A stretch of 64,000 bases of DNA from Candidatus Kapaibacterium sp. (GCA_963664875.1 OY761611.1:3008001-3072000), one strand, 5' to 3'; positions 18,171-28,999 are shown, numbered from the stretch's first letter. Notes: a model not told the origin generated them from the sequence alone. Program-made: numbers and translations.

Positions 18171-19091
18171 ATGATGGAAAAAATTGCTTTTTTTGAGTCA
18201 TCCGGCAAACAGGATGCTATAATTTGGGCAGAAAAAGCTTTCGAAATACTTCAAAATCATAAAGTACAAGTCATTGCTGACGAATCTTTGGCTGAGCGTA
18301 TGAGAGATGATATAAGGGAAAGACTGAAGGTTGTACCTTTAAAAGACTTTGAAAAACATGCTGACATGGTTATCTCATTTGGAGGCGATGGCACAATGCT
18401 CGCTGCAGCGAGGATTTTGATAGAATCCGGCATTCCTATTATGGGTGTAAATGTCGGTAAACTTGGCTTTCTTGCTGAATACCCGACAGGCAAATTGGAA
18501 CAAGCCATTGCTGAAGTATTAGCCGGAAAATTTAGAGTTGTGGATAGAACTGTTTTGGAAACTGAAGTAGAAGATGGCGGTACTACATTCGCTTTGAACG
18601 ATTTTGTGATTGAGAAAAAAGATTCTTCACGAATGATTACGCTCGAAGCATACAGCAATGATCACTATATCGGAGATTACAGAGCTGATGGGCTTATTGT
18701 AACTACGCCAACAGGTTCTTCGGCATATTCGCTATCTTGTGGCGGGCCTATAATTGCTCCAACTACAGAAGTGATTTGTCTCACACCAATTTCTCCCCAC
18801 ACTTTGACTTTGAGGCCTCTTGTTATCCCTGATTCTAACGAATTGCGTTTAAAAGTTTATTCTCCAACCGGAAAAGCTGCTTTGGTTGCTGACGGACAAG
18901 TGGAAAAAACTCTAAAGAACAACGAGACTATTGTTATCAGAAAATCCGAATCTAAGATTAAGTTGATTAAGCCTTTGGATTCTTCGTATTTTAGTGTGCT
19001 GCGGAGGAAATTGCTTTGGGCTGCAAATACTTTAGAAAACGAAAATAATAACTGCCCTTGTAAGGATAAAGAGAAGGAAGAGAATGTTTGA
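18171..19091 (+). CDS. nadK: NAD kinase
   Basis: Motifs GGDGTML, NVGKLGFL, ALND, ADGLIVTTPTGSSAYSLSCGGP. Confidence 0.97.
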   Translation: MMEKIAFFESSGKQDAIIWAEKAFEILQNHKVQVIADESLAERMRDDIRERLKVVPLKDFEKHADMVISFGGDGTMLAAARILIESGIPIMGVNVGKLGFLAEYPTGKLEQAIAEVLAGKFRVVDRTVLETEVEDGGTTFALNDFVIEKKDSSRMITLEAYSNDHYIGDYRADGLIVTTPTGSSAYSLSCGGPIIAPTTEVICLTPISPHTLTLRPLVIPDSNELRLKVYSPTGKAALVADGQVEKTLKNNETIVIRKSESKIKLIKPLDSSYFSVLRRKLLWAANTLENENNNCPCKDKEKEENV

Positions 19092-19878
19092 TTATCTGAT
19101 TAATTTGATTGCTGCCATTACTTGGAATGTTGACCCGACAATTTTCAAAATATGGCATATTCAACCGAGATGGTATGGATTACTATTTGCTTTAAGCTTT
19201 GTAGCCGGCTATCATATCATGCAAAAAATATTTTTGAAAGAAGGAAAAACTATAAAACAGCTTGAATCTCTTACTTATACTATGATAGCTTCTACAGTAA
19301 TAGGTGCAAGATTGGGGCATTGTTTGTTTTATGATCCTGTTTACTATTTAAGCAATCCATTAGAAATCCTGATGGTGTGGGAGGGAGGTCTTGCCTCTCA
19401 TGGTGCTGCCGTAGGTATTATCTTGGGATTATGGCTTTATATCAGAAAACAAAAAGATATGAGTTTACTCTGGATTTTAGACAGGATTGTGATTGTTGTT
19501 GCTCTTTCTGGTTTGTTTATTCGTTTAGGTAATTTCTTTAATTCCGAAATACTTGGCAGAGCAGCTGATGTTCCGTGGGCGGTGATATTTCCGAGAGTAG
19601 ATGATATACCTCGTCATCCGGCTCAGTTATATGAAGCATTTTCATATTTTGGTATTTTTATTTATCTATATATGCTTTACTTGCGCTCCGGAACTGAGCT
19701 AAAACAGGGCAAGCTATTTGGCTTATTTTTGATTTTGGTATTTGGAGCAAGATTCATTATAGAATTTTTCAAAGAGGTGCAGTCTGCATTTGAAATTGGC
19801 TTACCGTTGGATATGGGGCAAATATTAAGCATTCCGTTTGTTTTAGCAGGCTTGTATTTCGTTTTTCGTAAGAAATAA
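19084..19878 (+). CDS. lgt: Prolipoprotein diacylglyceryl transferase
   Basis: Motifs RWYGLL, GARLGH, GGLASHG, RLGNFFNSE, RHPAQLYEA. Confidence 0.97.
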   Translation: MFDYLINLIAAITWNVDPTIFKIWHIQPRWYGLLFALSFVAGYHIMQKIFLKEGKTIKQLESLTYTMIASTVIGARLGHCLFYDPVYYLSNPLEILMVWEGGLASHGAAVGIILGLWLYIRKQKDMSLLWILDRIVIVVALSGLFIRLGNFFNSEILGRAADVPWAVIFPRVDDIPRHPAQLYEAFSYFGIFIYLYMLYLRSGTELKQGKLFGLFLILVFGARFIIEFFKEVQSAFEIGLPLDMGQILSIPFVLAGLYFVFRKK

Positions 19879-19933
19879 AAAAACAGTGTTGCTAAAGTGA
19901 AAGTTGACAAATGTTTTGAAATTTGGTATATAT

Positions 19934-19965
19934 AAAAAAACCGCAGAGCTTCTGCGGTTTTTTTT
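19934..19965. terminator. Bidirectional terminator
   Basis: A7-ccgcag-agctt-ctgcgg-T8. Confidence 0.9.
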
Positions 19966-19972
19966 GTAAGAA

Positions 19973-20119
19973 CTATTTTCTTTTATGACCGGGACTTGTT
20001 TTGAAGCCGGTTTTGTGTTTTTTCTTTTCTTCGTGAGCCTCTTTTTTTATGCTTTTAAGCAATTTTTGAGCAATAAAAGCAATCAGAACTAACATCACGA
20101 GTAGTATCAATACTTCCAT
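19973..20119 (-). CDS. Small single-pass membrane protein (48 aa), not in the ORF track
   Basis: GGAGG RBS. Translation: MEVLILLVMLVLIAFIAQKLLKSIKKEAHEEKKKHKTGFKTSPGHKRK*. Ends just before the terminator. Confidence 0.65.
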   Translation of the reverse strand: MEVLILLVMLVLIAFIAQKLLKSIKKEAHEEKKKHKTGFKTSPGHKRK

Positions 20120-20206
20120 ATATCCTCCCTAAATAACAGAAATGCATAATTATTAAGCTATTTGCATTATACACTATTATTGTTAAATATCAAAGGATAT
20201 TTTCAT

Positions 20207-21433
20207 CTAACTTTTATTTTTGTCGAATTTCTCTAATAATTCTTTGACTGCGTCTTTGTGGATTAGGAAATTCATCATTTTCAATTTAACATAATCTTCA
20301 TGGTAGAAATAGTATCCTTTATTTGCACCATTGCGAGCTCCACTGCCGGAATCTTTAATCAAAAACCAAGTTACACCGTCTTTTTCGGTATATCCGACAA
20401 GATGAATTGCGTGATCATCTCCTGTAGTTCCATTAGACCATCTCAGCTGTCTTGCATTTTCGTCAATATACTCTGAAGGTATGTCGTAGCTTGGGATGAC
20501 TGCTACATCTGCAAAAGAGTAATAGCCGGTGGAGGATACATCACCACCTATCATCATAGTATAGCCTGATCTGATAGCTTTTTTTATTGCAGTCATAAAA
20601 TCATCTAAAGGTACGTTCTTGTATTTATCACAGTTCCACCAATTATCTGCTGCAGGATAGACTACTTCATCCCAATAGCCCTGTTGCAGCAAAGACATAA
20701 TATCTACATAATCATTTTTATTGAATTTTGTTACTTCATCGCGGAAACTGATAGGAGTGTATTTTTTACCTTTGTAAGTAAATTCAGTTGGAGGTGTCCC
20801 GATGTAATGATCTAATATGGCTTTTACTGTTTTGACTGCGAAGTCCGGATCCCAAGCATTATTTGCTTTTAGAGATTTCATAAACTTTTCGATTTCTTCA
20901 AACATAAGATTATGTCCGTGAAATTCTTGTCCTGATTGCAATCCGGTAAACGCTTCAGCAGGAACGCAGCCGTATTTGTCCCATACTCTCAAAACTGCAT
21001 TGCCTTGAGAGCCTTCGCCAAGTGTAGAATTTCCGCGAGTCCTAACGAATTCTTCAACTTTTTGCAGGTATTCGTAATAGACTGTATGTAGCTCAGAAAT
21101 TTTGACTTCAGTTCCGGTTCTTCGTTTGATATCAGATTCGAGCATTGATGTAGTTGAAAAACACCAGCACATACCTGACCAGCCCTGAGAAATAGGGGAG
21201 TTATGCCACTGAGATTTGAATTCAGAACTTGATTTCGGCAAGTTCCAACCTTCCAAATCGACTTTAAATTCTTTTTTGACATCAGCCTTAGGATTTTGAC
21301 TTGTTGTTACACTTTCTTTGATAGAGTCCCAGTATGGGTTGTTATATTCTATCATTTTTCCTTTGTGATGCTGAGCTGAAAGTGAGCTTGAGAGCAATAT
21401 TGAAGTGCCCAGTACTAAAAGATATTTTTTCAT
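20207..21433 (-). CDS. Secreted C1 family cysteine peptidase (aminopeptidase C/bleomycin hydrolase-like)
   Basis: Signal peptide. SQGWSGMCWCFS (oxyanion Q, catalytic C), DDHAIHLVG (H), WFLIKDSG. Confidence 0.9.
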   Translation of the reverse strand: MKKYLLVLGTSILLSSSLSAQHHKGKMIEYNNPYWDSIKESVTTSQNPKADVKKEFKVDLEGWNLPKSSSEFKSQWHNSPISQGWSGMCWCFSTTSMLESDIKRRTGTEVKISELHTVYYEYLQKVEEFVRTRGNSTLGEGSQGNAVLRVWDKYGCVPAEAFTGLQSGQEFHGHNLMFEEIEKFMKSLKANNAWDPDFAVKTVKAILDHYIGTPPTEFTYKGKKYTPISFRDEVTKFNKNDYVDIMSLLQQGYWDEVVYPAADNWWNCDKYKNVPLDDFMTAIKKAIRSGYTMMIGGDVSSTGYYSFADVAVIPSYDIPSEYIDENARQLRWSNGTTGDDHAIHLVGYTEKDGVTWFLIKDSGSGARNGANKGYYFYHEDYVKLKMMNFLIHKDAVKELLEKFDKNKS

Positions 21434-21544
21434 ATTTTGTCACCGAATTATTGAAATTTTGTAGAGGCTAAAAATAAACAAAATGGCTTACCCAAGCAAA
21501 ATAATTATAACTTGGATATGCCATTGCTTGTTTTTTATTTTTGA

Positions 21545-22768
21545 TTATGCGGGAAGGAATAGTATAAACTTACTACCTTTGTTGAGTTCTGATTCGATTC
21601 TTATGTTCCCGCCGTGTTTTAATGCAAAATCTTTGCAAAGAATGAGACCAAGTCCTGTACCTTTTTCGTTGTCAGTTCCCGGTAGTGATTGGTTATGTTC
21701 AATTTGGAAAAGTTTATTTTTAGTTTTTTCATCCATACCTACTCCATCGTCGGAGACACAAATTTCGACGCCACTCTCAACGGATTTAGCAGAGATAATG
21801 ACATTGCCGTTGACTTTTGTGTATTTGATTGCGTTCGAAACGAAATTGCGAAGTATTGTCATAAGCATATTTTCGTCAGCATTGATTGTAAGTTCGGGAT
21901 GGACATTTATATCTAAGTTTATCTGTTTTTTAATTGCGTTGTTCTTATATTGGAGTTCGATATTTTTGAAAATCGGAGCAAGGGTAACTGTCTCCGGGCA
22001 AAACTGAATTCTTCCTGTCTGGGTGCGTGCCCATTCAAGCAAGTTCTCAAGGAAAGTACGCATTTGAGTCAGACCGTCAAAAATATGACAAAGATATGTT
22101 TCTCGGTCATTATCCGAGATGTTGCTTCCAAATCTGGTGAGCAACTCTGCCAGACCCAAAACTCCGGAAAATTGACTTTTTAAATCATGCCCGATGATAG
22201 AAAAGAATTTGTCTTTAGTTCTATTAAGTTCCTGCAAATTTGCTTCAGATTCTGCTAAACTGTTATTTAGCTCTACAATTTTTAATGCATCTTGGTAGAT
22301 GCTTTTTTGACTTTGCTTCAGTATCTCGTTTTGCTCTGCTATTATGTCCTGAGATATTTTCACAAGTAGAAGATTCTTTATTCTTGCTAAAATCTCTTCT
22401 GCCTTGAATGGTTTAGAAACAAAATCAGCTCCGCCGGATTGGAAGCCTTTTACAAGATCAGTAATGTCATTTTTCGCAGTAAGAAAAATAATAGGAATGT
22501 CTGAGGTAGAGGGATTTGCTTTGATTTTTTCACAAGCTTCATAGCCATCCATTTCGGGCATCATTACATCCATTAATATAAGATCAGGTTTCTTTTCCGT
22601 GGCAAATTGAATAGCTTTTTCTCCTGAATTTGCCATCGCTAAGCGGTAACCCAAAGGCTTTAAAATGCTGGCAACCATTTTTAGGTTCATAGGATTATCA
22701 TCAACGACTAATATTGAGAGATCTTCAGTTTTCTCGAGTCTTTCTAAAATTTGTTTGTTGTTTGTCAT
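21545..22768 (-). CDS. Hybrid REC-HisKA-HATPase kinase
   Basis: REC motifs ILVVDD, LMDVMMP, SKPF. H-box IIGHDLK, NFVSNAIKY, GTGLGL. Confidence 0.93.
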   Translation of the reverse strand: MTNNKQILERLEKTEDLSILVVDDNPMNLKMVASILKPLGYRLAMANSGEKAIQFATEKKPDLILMDVMMPEMDGYEACEKIKANPSTSDIPIIFLTAKNDITDLVKGFQSGGADFVSKPFKAEEILARIKNLLLVKISQDIIAEQNEILKQSQKSIYQDALKIVELNNSLAESEANLQELNRTKDKFFSIIGHDLKSQFSGVLGLAELLTRFGSNISDNDRETYLCHIFDGLTQMRTFLENLLEWARTQTGRIQFCPETVTLAPIFKNIELQYKNNAIKKQINLDINVHPELTINADENMLMTILRNFVSNAIKYTKVNGNVIISAKSVESGVEICVSDDGVGMDEKTKNKLFQIEHNQSLPGTDNEKGTGLGLILCKDFALKHGGNIRIESELNKGSKFILFLPA

Positions 22769-25700
22769 AACGAACCTATTTGTTTTTTTAATTTATCTAT
22801 CAAATCACCGAACTTATAAAGAAGTAGCTCTATCTGCTCGAAATCTATTTCTGAAACTACTTTACTGAGCTGTTCGGAATATTTGTTCAAGAGAAGTAAT
22901 TCAAATTGGTTGCTCAGGTTGCTTATATTATATGCAAATTTTTCAACTTTGTCTAATTCCATGAAGGAACTGTCGTCTTCAAAATGAGAAGCAAATAACT
23001 TTTCCAATGTATCAATAATATAAGGAAGTTTACTAAGTAAATCTACCGATATTGGGATTTCTTTTTCGTCTTCGATCATCTCTACAGAATTTTCTAAAGC
23101 ACTTACATCTTTTTCTATCGGAGTAAAGAATTTAGCTATAGAGGAAACAAGCTCTAATTTTGTAACCGGTTTTCTGAGGAAGTCATCAAACAGTCCATCA
23201 ATCCTGTCTTGATCTGCTTTCATAGAGGAAGCCGTTAGAGCAATAATTTTAGTACTAAAGTCAGGGAAAGTTGTTTTGATTGTTTCTGTTGCTGCATAGC
23301 CATCTAAAACAGGCATCCTAATATCCATAAACACTAGGTCATAGTCACCTGTTGCAATCATATCTACAGCTTGGCTGCCGTTTTCTGCCTCGTCGATAAT
23401 AACTGAATTGCCGGAAAGGTATGATTTTACCAAATTTCTGTTATCCGTAATATCATCAACTACGAGAATTTTCAAATTTTCGAAATAAAGATTGATGTTT
23501 TTGTTTTTCTCTTGAGCAAATGACAATTGATTTTCGGCTACTTCTACATTTGGTATGGTAATAATAAATGTACTGCCTTCGCCCGGAATGCTTTCCACAT
23601 CAATTCTTCCATTCATCATTTCTACTAACTTTTGCGTAATCGCAAGCCCAAGCCCGGTGCCTCCATATTTTCGTGTGGATTGTCCGCTTTGTTGTCTGAA
23701 AGATTCAAAAATTACATCTTTTTGGTCTTCAGGGATGCCAATTCCGGAATCCTGTACTTTTAGCTGTAGTGTAAATTTATTGGGAGAAGTCAACTCTGTT
23801 GCTTCTGCAGAAACTTTTACAAAACCGGAATCTGTAAACTTGATGGCGTTGCCCACAATATTGAAAAGTAACTGTCTAACTCTAATTTCGTCTATAATAA
23901 TTTGATTTGGAATTTTGATGTCAACCGAACTCATATAGTTCAACTCTTTAGATCGAACTTTCTGAGAAAATACCTGCTGTATTTCGCTTAATATCATTTT
24001 TAGATCAACAGGTTCCAGATTAAGTTCTAATTTTCCTGATTCAATTTTTGACAAGTCAAGAATATCATTTATAAGTGAGAGTAAGGTATTTCCGGAATTT
24101 AAAATTGTTTCGAGATAGCCTTTATGTTTTTGATCCGGAATTTCATGGAGCAATATCTCGCTAAACCCAAGGATAGCATTCATAGGTGTTCTTATTTCAT
24201 GGCTCATGTTCGCTAAAAATTCACTTTTCGCCCTATTTGCATCTTCTGCAACCTGTTTAGCGAGTAGTAATTGAGTTTCAGCTTTTTTTCTGTCGGTGAT
24301 GTCTGTGGCTACTTCAAATCTCACAATTCTCCCGTCAACCCAGTGTATAGCTCTATCGTGAACTTCGTACCATCTCTGTGTCAAATCATTATAGACCTCC
24401 CAGACCAAGGCTTCGCCGGGTTTCCCGTCTTTGTCGAGCAGCTTGCTATTGGTGCAGAATTCACAAGGACCGAGCTTGTTTTTATGAAGAACCTGCCAGC
24501 AAATTCTTCCATTGATGTCGCCGAGCAATTCCTGTGTATATTTGTTTGTAAAAAGCACTTCATACGACTGGATATCTGATACGTAAATCACGGCATCGAT
24601 ACTATTTAGCACAGTAGTGAATCGTTCGTGCGACATCCGAAGCCGCTCTTCTGCATTTTTTCTTTCAGTAATGTCTAAGACAGTGCCGACTGTTCTTAAA
24701 GGTAGTCCTTTTGAGTTTCGTTCTACAACTTTACCTTTGGCAAGTACCCATTTTTGAATACCATTTATTGAAGAAGTTCTGTACTCGACTTCAAATTGTG
24801 GAGAAAGATTCCTGAAATGAATTTTCATCTTAGTTTTGAATTTCCTTCTGTCTTCTTCTGATATGCTGTGCATCCAGTCTGTAAAATTCAAATCTGAAAT
24901 TAGTATGTCGTGTTGCATAATCTCTAAAAATCTGTCATTTGCAGTGAAAGTTTTTTTACCCAAATCCCAATCCCAAAGCCCCAAGTCTGCTCCAAGAAGC
25001 GAGAGTTCCAAACGCTGTTCGCTTTCTTTCAGCTTTTCTCTTGCGGATTCGAGGTCGGAAATGTCAATAAATGTTTCAAGGATTGCATCTTTATCTAAGT
25101 ATTCTATCTCGATAGCTGTTTTCAATATAGTGATAGGATCGCCAAAATTTCTGAAGAGTTTGCCCTTTACATTGCTTATTTCTTCATTTTTATCAATTAT
25201 TGGGCATACGGCAGTATCTTTACAGCTGGGGTTACCGGCACCGGGTATAGTATTGTAGCAGGCTTTGCCTGTGATTTGACTTTTGTCACTTATGCCAAGC
25301 AGCTCAAGTGCGGTGTTATTTAAATCAAGAATTTCTTTTTTTCTATTACTGAAAATCATACCAACCGGCATAAAGTCTATAATCTTTTGTAGAGATTCGC
25401 TGATTTTTTTTGCTCTGTTTTGAGCTTTTTTTCTTTGACTAAGCATCAGAGCGAATAAAACTATCAGCAATACTAAAATCAGGACGTAATATATAGAAAT
25501 ACTGATTGTATTAGATTCTAAGCTGCTGAAAAGAGTGGATCTGTCCACAGAAAAAATGATTCCAAACATCTGATCCGAAAGTCTGACAGGATAATATGCT
25601 GAAAGTACTCTATAATCTGCGCCGCCAAGCTGTATTTCATGGGACAGATTTCCTTCATATTCCATCCATAAGTCATTGATTATAAGGTCTTTTTTGTCAG

Positions 25701-26358
25701 AAGCAAATTCTTCCGGCTGAATTTTGTATTCAGAATAATTTACGCTTCTGAGATTGCCCTTACCATCAATAATCCAATGCCAGGAATTTTTACCAATATA
25801 AAAATTATCGAAATGACTTTCTATAAACCTTTTTATGTCGAGTTCGAACTTAACATTATATTTTACTTTGCCTTTATCGTCTAGAATAGGCAAAACATAT
25901 ATGAATCCGTTGTCTGTGTCGGTGGTGTTTTTTTTAGTCAGTTCGATGGTTTTAGGATGATTCAAAATAGCTGACTGTTCGTAGTAATTTTTATCTTTAC
26001 GAGTAATATCTCTGTACGAAGAGTTGCTTGTTACTCTGATTCTGCTTATTATGTCTTGATGTTTAGCATAAAAGCGGTTTAAATATTTATTATCAGTTAC
26101 AGTAATATCTTTGTCCAGATATTGAGCAAAGTCAAAAGTACTTACCATAAACTTCAACTCAGTTTCAAATTCTAAGAAACTGCTTTCTATCGATATGCCG
26201 CATAGCTTCGTTTGCTTTAGTATAATGTTTGACTGTTTATCACTTTCTGTGTTAATAAGTTCCATATAGTCATTAACAGCAAAATAGGAAAGCAGAACTA
26301 TCATCAGAGCGATAATAGGCATATAAATATTTTGAAGGTATGGTAAGTTTTTGCGCAT
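22765..26358 (-). CDS. Membrane hybrid sensor histidine kinase (periplasmic sensor, PAS domains, HisKA, HATPase, REC)
   Basis: Two TM segments, PAS/PAC ends (DITERK, DITDRK), MSHEIRTPMN, GGTGLGL, FMDIRMP. Confidence 0.95.
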   Translation of the reverse strand: MRKNLPYLQNIYMPIIALMIVLLSYFAVNDYMELINTESDKQSNIILKQTKLCGISIESSFLEFETELKFMVSTFDFAQYLDKDITVTDNKYLNRFYAKHQDIISRIRVTSNSSYRDITRKDKNYYEQSAILNHPKTIELTKKNTTDTDNGFIYVLPILDDKGKVKYNVKFELDIKRFIESHFDNFYIGKNSWHWIIDGKGNLRSVNYSEYKIQPEEFASDKKDLIINDLWMEYEGNLSHEIQLGGADYRVLSAYYPVRLSDQMFGIIFSVDRSTLFSSLESNTISISIYYVLILVLLIVLFALMLSQRKKAQNRAKKISESLQKIIDFMPVGMIFSNRKKEILDLNNTALELLGISDKSQITGKACYNTIPGAGNPSCKDTAVCPIIDKNEEISNVKGKLFRNFGDPITILKTAIEIEYLDKDAILETFIDISDLESAREKLKESEQRLELSLLGADLGLWDWDLGKKTFTANDRFLEIMQHDILISDLNFTDWMHSISEEDRRKFKTKMKIHFRNLSPQFEVEYRTSSINGIQKWVLAKGKVVERNSKGLPLRTVGTVLDITERKNAEERLRMSHERFTTVLNSIDAVIYVSDIQSYEVLFTNKYTQELLGDINGRICWQVLHKNKLGPCEFCTNSKLLDKDGKPGEALVWEVYNDLTQRWYEVHDRAIHWVDGRIVRFEVATDITDRKKAETQLLLAKQVAEDANRAKSEFLANMSHEIRTPMNAILGFSEILLHEIPDQKHKGYLETILNSGNTLLSLINDILDLSKIESGKLELNLEPVDLKMILSEIQQVFSQKVRSKELNYMSSVDIKIPNQIIIDEIRVRQLLFNIVGNAIKFTDSGFVKVSAEATELTSPNKFTLQLKVQDSGIGIPEDQKDVIFESFRQQSGQSTRKYGGTGLGLAITQKLVEMMNGRIDVESIPGEGSTFIITIPNVEVAENQLSFAQEKNKNINLYFENLKILVVDDITDNRNLVKSYLSGNSVIIDEAENGSQAVDMIATGDYDLVFMDIRMPVLDGYAATETIKTTFPDFSTKIIALTASSMKADQDRIDGLFDDFLRKPVTKLELVSSIAKFFTPIEKDVSALENSVEMIEDEKEIPISVDLLSKLPYIIDTLEKLFASHFEDDSSFMELDKVEKFAYNISNLSNQFELLLLNKYSEQLSKVVSEIDFEQIELLLYKFGDLIDKLKKQIGSL

Positions 26359-27363
26359 TTATTTTATTTCCTCGAAAGCGATTATAGTCCAGGATAACTC
26401 ATCTATTGATTTGGCAACTGCTATATATTCACTGTTTTTAGTCACGAGCTTTACTTCCCGTTCGCCTTTTTCCAAAATTGATTTTGCCATCTCCCTTACG
26501 TTTTTTTCTTTGCTTTTAAGCAGATTGTAGTTGTCTCTTCTGTAAGTATCCATCTTAATAGTCTCGATATATCTGTGATCTTTCAGAGGAGGTAGAGAAA
26601 GTAAGTTAATCGAGAAGTCTTTTGCAGTAACTATTACACTGTGCTTATCTACAATCACAATGTTTTGATCGCTTTCATCGAGGAACTGCTCAGTCAATGT
26701 GTTAGTAGTGATATCAATACCGGGTACTCCGACGAACTTATCATCAACATATACGGGAGCGATAGCACTAACCATCCAGCCTCTTCCGGCAGGATCTACG
26801 TATGCCTCTTTGACCCAAACAGCTTCTTTTTTGGGATTATGCTCAGCGTCTGCCATATAATAAAAATTAAATTCGGAGATATTAAGAGCAGGTTCGTACT
26901 GAGCTAAAACATCCATGAAAGGATAAATCCTGTTATAGTTATTACAATCATTATAATAGACCTGCGAAACAGCGTCGTAGTGATTAGTTATGCGTTTAAG
27001 TTCGCTGTCAATAGGTTCGGTAAAGTAAACAATTTGCTTTACTTCACTGTTTTCTTTTTTTGCAGCTGATACATAGACAGCAGCCCCACCATTATCTTTA
27101 GGTCGGTAAAAAACACCGGTATTAGCAAGCATATATTGGGATTTGTCGATAGTCGGCAAAATACTGTCTTTTTTGAGGTATAGATTTTGAATTATGGTTG
27201 CCAAATTTTTTACTTCCAATCGAATCTGTTGAAGCTCGTTATTTATTTTTTGAGCTTTGACATCAATTTTATTTTTAGTCGGAGTCAGATCAGGCATTTT
27301 GTTTTCTTCATTGCATGCAATAAGGAAGGCAAAAACTGTGAAGAAGAGGATTGATTTTAGCAT
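26359..27363 (-). CDS. Stand-alone dCache-domain lipoprotein
   Basis: Lipobox LIA-C. Cache signature FYY...AVWVKEAYVDPAGRGWMVSAIAPVY...GVPGIDI. No TM or cytoplasmic output domain. Confidence 0.8.
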   Translation of the reverse strand: MLKSILFFTVFAFLIACNEENKMPDLTPTKNKIDVKAQKINNELQQIRLEVKNLATIIQNLYLKKDSILPTIDKSQYMLANTGVFYRPKDNGGAAVYVSAAKKENSEVKQIVYFTEPIDSELKRITNHYDAVSQVYYNDCNNYNRIYPFMDVLAQYEPALNISEFNFYYMADAEHNPKKEAVWVKEAYVDPAGRGWMVSAIAPVYVDDKFVGVPGIDITTNTLTEQFLDESDQNIVIVDKHSVIVTAKDFSINLLSLPPLKDHRYIETIKMDTYRRDNYNLLKSKEKNVREMAKSILEKGEREVKLVTKNSEYIAVAKSIDELSWTIIAFEEIK

Positions 27364-27563
27364 TGAGTCAGCCTTTAAAATATTATAAAAATCCTATATA
27401 TGTAAAAGCAAAAACAAAGGATTTATTTTATATAAATAAGTAGAACTTTTCAATATTTTCAATAATAGGATAGGTATTGCGTGTTAGAAATATTATTTTT
27501 GCATTGTAGATAGAGTGCGATTAATTGTTTAGCTTATATAAATAAATAGTAAGGATTTTCGAA

Positions 27564-28967
27564 ATGAATAATCACTCTTGCGACGTAGTAGTATTGGGAG
27601 CCGGCCCTGGCGGGTATGTGGCTGCTATCAGAGCATCACAGCTTGGACTAAAAACTATCTGCGTAGAAAAAGCAGACCTTGGTGGAGTTTGTCTTAACTG
27701 GGGTTGCATACCGACAAAAGCATTACTGAAAAATGCGGAATATATGCACTTTTTAAATCATTCATCAGATTTTGGCTTTACAGTGTCTAACGTAGAAGTT
27801 GATTTCTCTAAAGTTATCAAAAGAAGCCGCGACGTTTCAGGTCAGATGTCAAAAGGTGTAGGATTTTTGCTTAAAAAATATAACGTAGAGCATGTAAAGG
27901 GGCATGGTACAATCAAGCCCGGTAAAAAAATAGAAATTACAAATAAGGACGGCGAAGTTACTGATGTAATTGAAGCTAAAAACATTATCATTGCTACAGG
28001 AGCTCGCCCTCGCATGTTCCCCGGCATTGAAGTTGACCACAAAAAAATCATTACCAGCAAAGAAGCTCTTATACAGCCAAAAGCTCCAAAATCTATGATT
28101 ATTATGGGTGCTGGTGCTATTGGTGTAGAATTTGCTTATTTCTTCAACGCATTTGGTGCGGAAGTTACTATCATAGAAATGCAGGACAGATTGCTTCCGG
28201 TCGAAGATAAAGACGTCTCAAAAGAGCTTGAAAGACATTACAGAAAAGATAAAATCAAAATTATGACTTCTACCCGAGTTTTGTCTGCTAAACCTACAGC
28301 GGACGGTGTAGAAATTATAGTAGAGAACAAAAAAGGCGAAAAAGAAACTCTTACTGCAGAAATCGCATTAAATGCAATTGGAATTCAAGCCAATATTGAA
28401 AATATCGGATTGGAAAATGCAGGCATTGAATTGGATAGAGGCTTTATCAAAATCAATGAAAAAATGCAGACTAATATAGAAGGTATTTATGCAATCGGCG
28501 ATGTGGCAGGTCCTCCTTGGTTGGCTCACAAAGCTTCTGCTGAAGGCATAGCTACGGCTGAGATAATAGCAGGCGAAAGAGACCACGGTATCGACTATGG
28601 CAACATACCGGGCTGTACATATTGCAATCCGCAGGTAGCTTCAGTTGGTTTGACTGAAGAACAGGCAAAAGAGAAGGGATATGAAGTCAAAGTTGGCAAA
28701 TTCCCATTCACTGCAAGTGGCAAAGCACACGGCATTGGCGAAGCAAAAGGCTTTGTGAAGATGGTGTTTGATGCAAAATACGGCGAAGTGCTTGGTGCTC
28801 ACATGATTGGCCCTGATGTAACTGAGATGATAGGGGAAATCGGCTTGGCACGCTCACTTGATGCTACTGCTGAGACAATCTATCACACAATCCATGCCCA
28901 TCCTACATTGAGCGAAGCAATAATGGAAGCAGCTGCACAGGCTTATGGTGAAGCTGTTAATATTTAA
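27564..28967 (+). CDS. lpdA: Dihydrolipoyl dehydrogenase
   Basis: Motifs GAGPGGYVAA, GGVCLNWGCIPTK (redox disulfide), GAGAIGVE, HAHPTLSE. Confidence 0.97.
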   Translation: MNNHSCDVVVLGAGPGGYVAAIRASQLGLKTICVEKADLGGVCLNWGCIPTKALLKNAEYMHFLNHSSDFGFTVSNVEVDFSKVIKRSRDVSGQMSKGVGFLLKKYNVEHVKGHGTIKPGKKIEITNKDGEVTDVIEAKNIIIATGARPRMFPGIEVDHKKIITSKEALIQPKAPKSMIIMGAGAIGVEFAYFFNAFGAEVTIIEMQDRLLPVEDKDVSKELERHYRKDKIKIMTSTRVLSAKPTADGVEIIVENKKGEKETLTAEIALNAIGIQANIENIGLENAGIELDRGFIKINEKMQTNIEGIYAIGDVAGPPWLAHKASAEGIATAEIIAGERDHGIDYGNIPGCTYCNPQVASVGLTEEQAKEKGYEVKVGKFPFTASGKAHGIGEAKGFVKMVFDAKYGEVLGAHMIGPDVTEMIGEIGLARSLDATAETIYHTIHAHPTLSEAIMEAAAQAYGEAVNI

Positions 28968-28999
28968 TATTTCGCAATTGTTTGATGTATAAAGAAATT

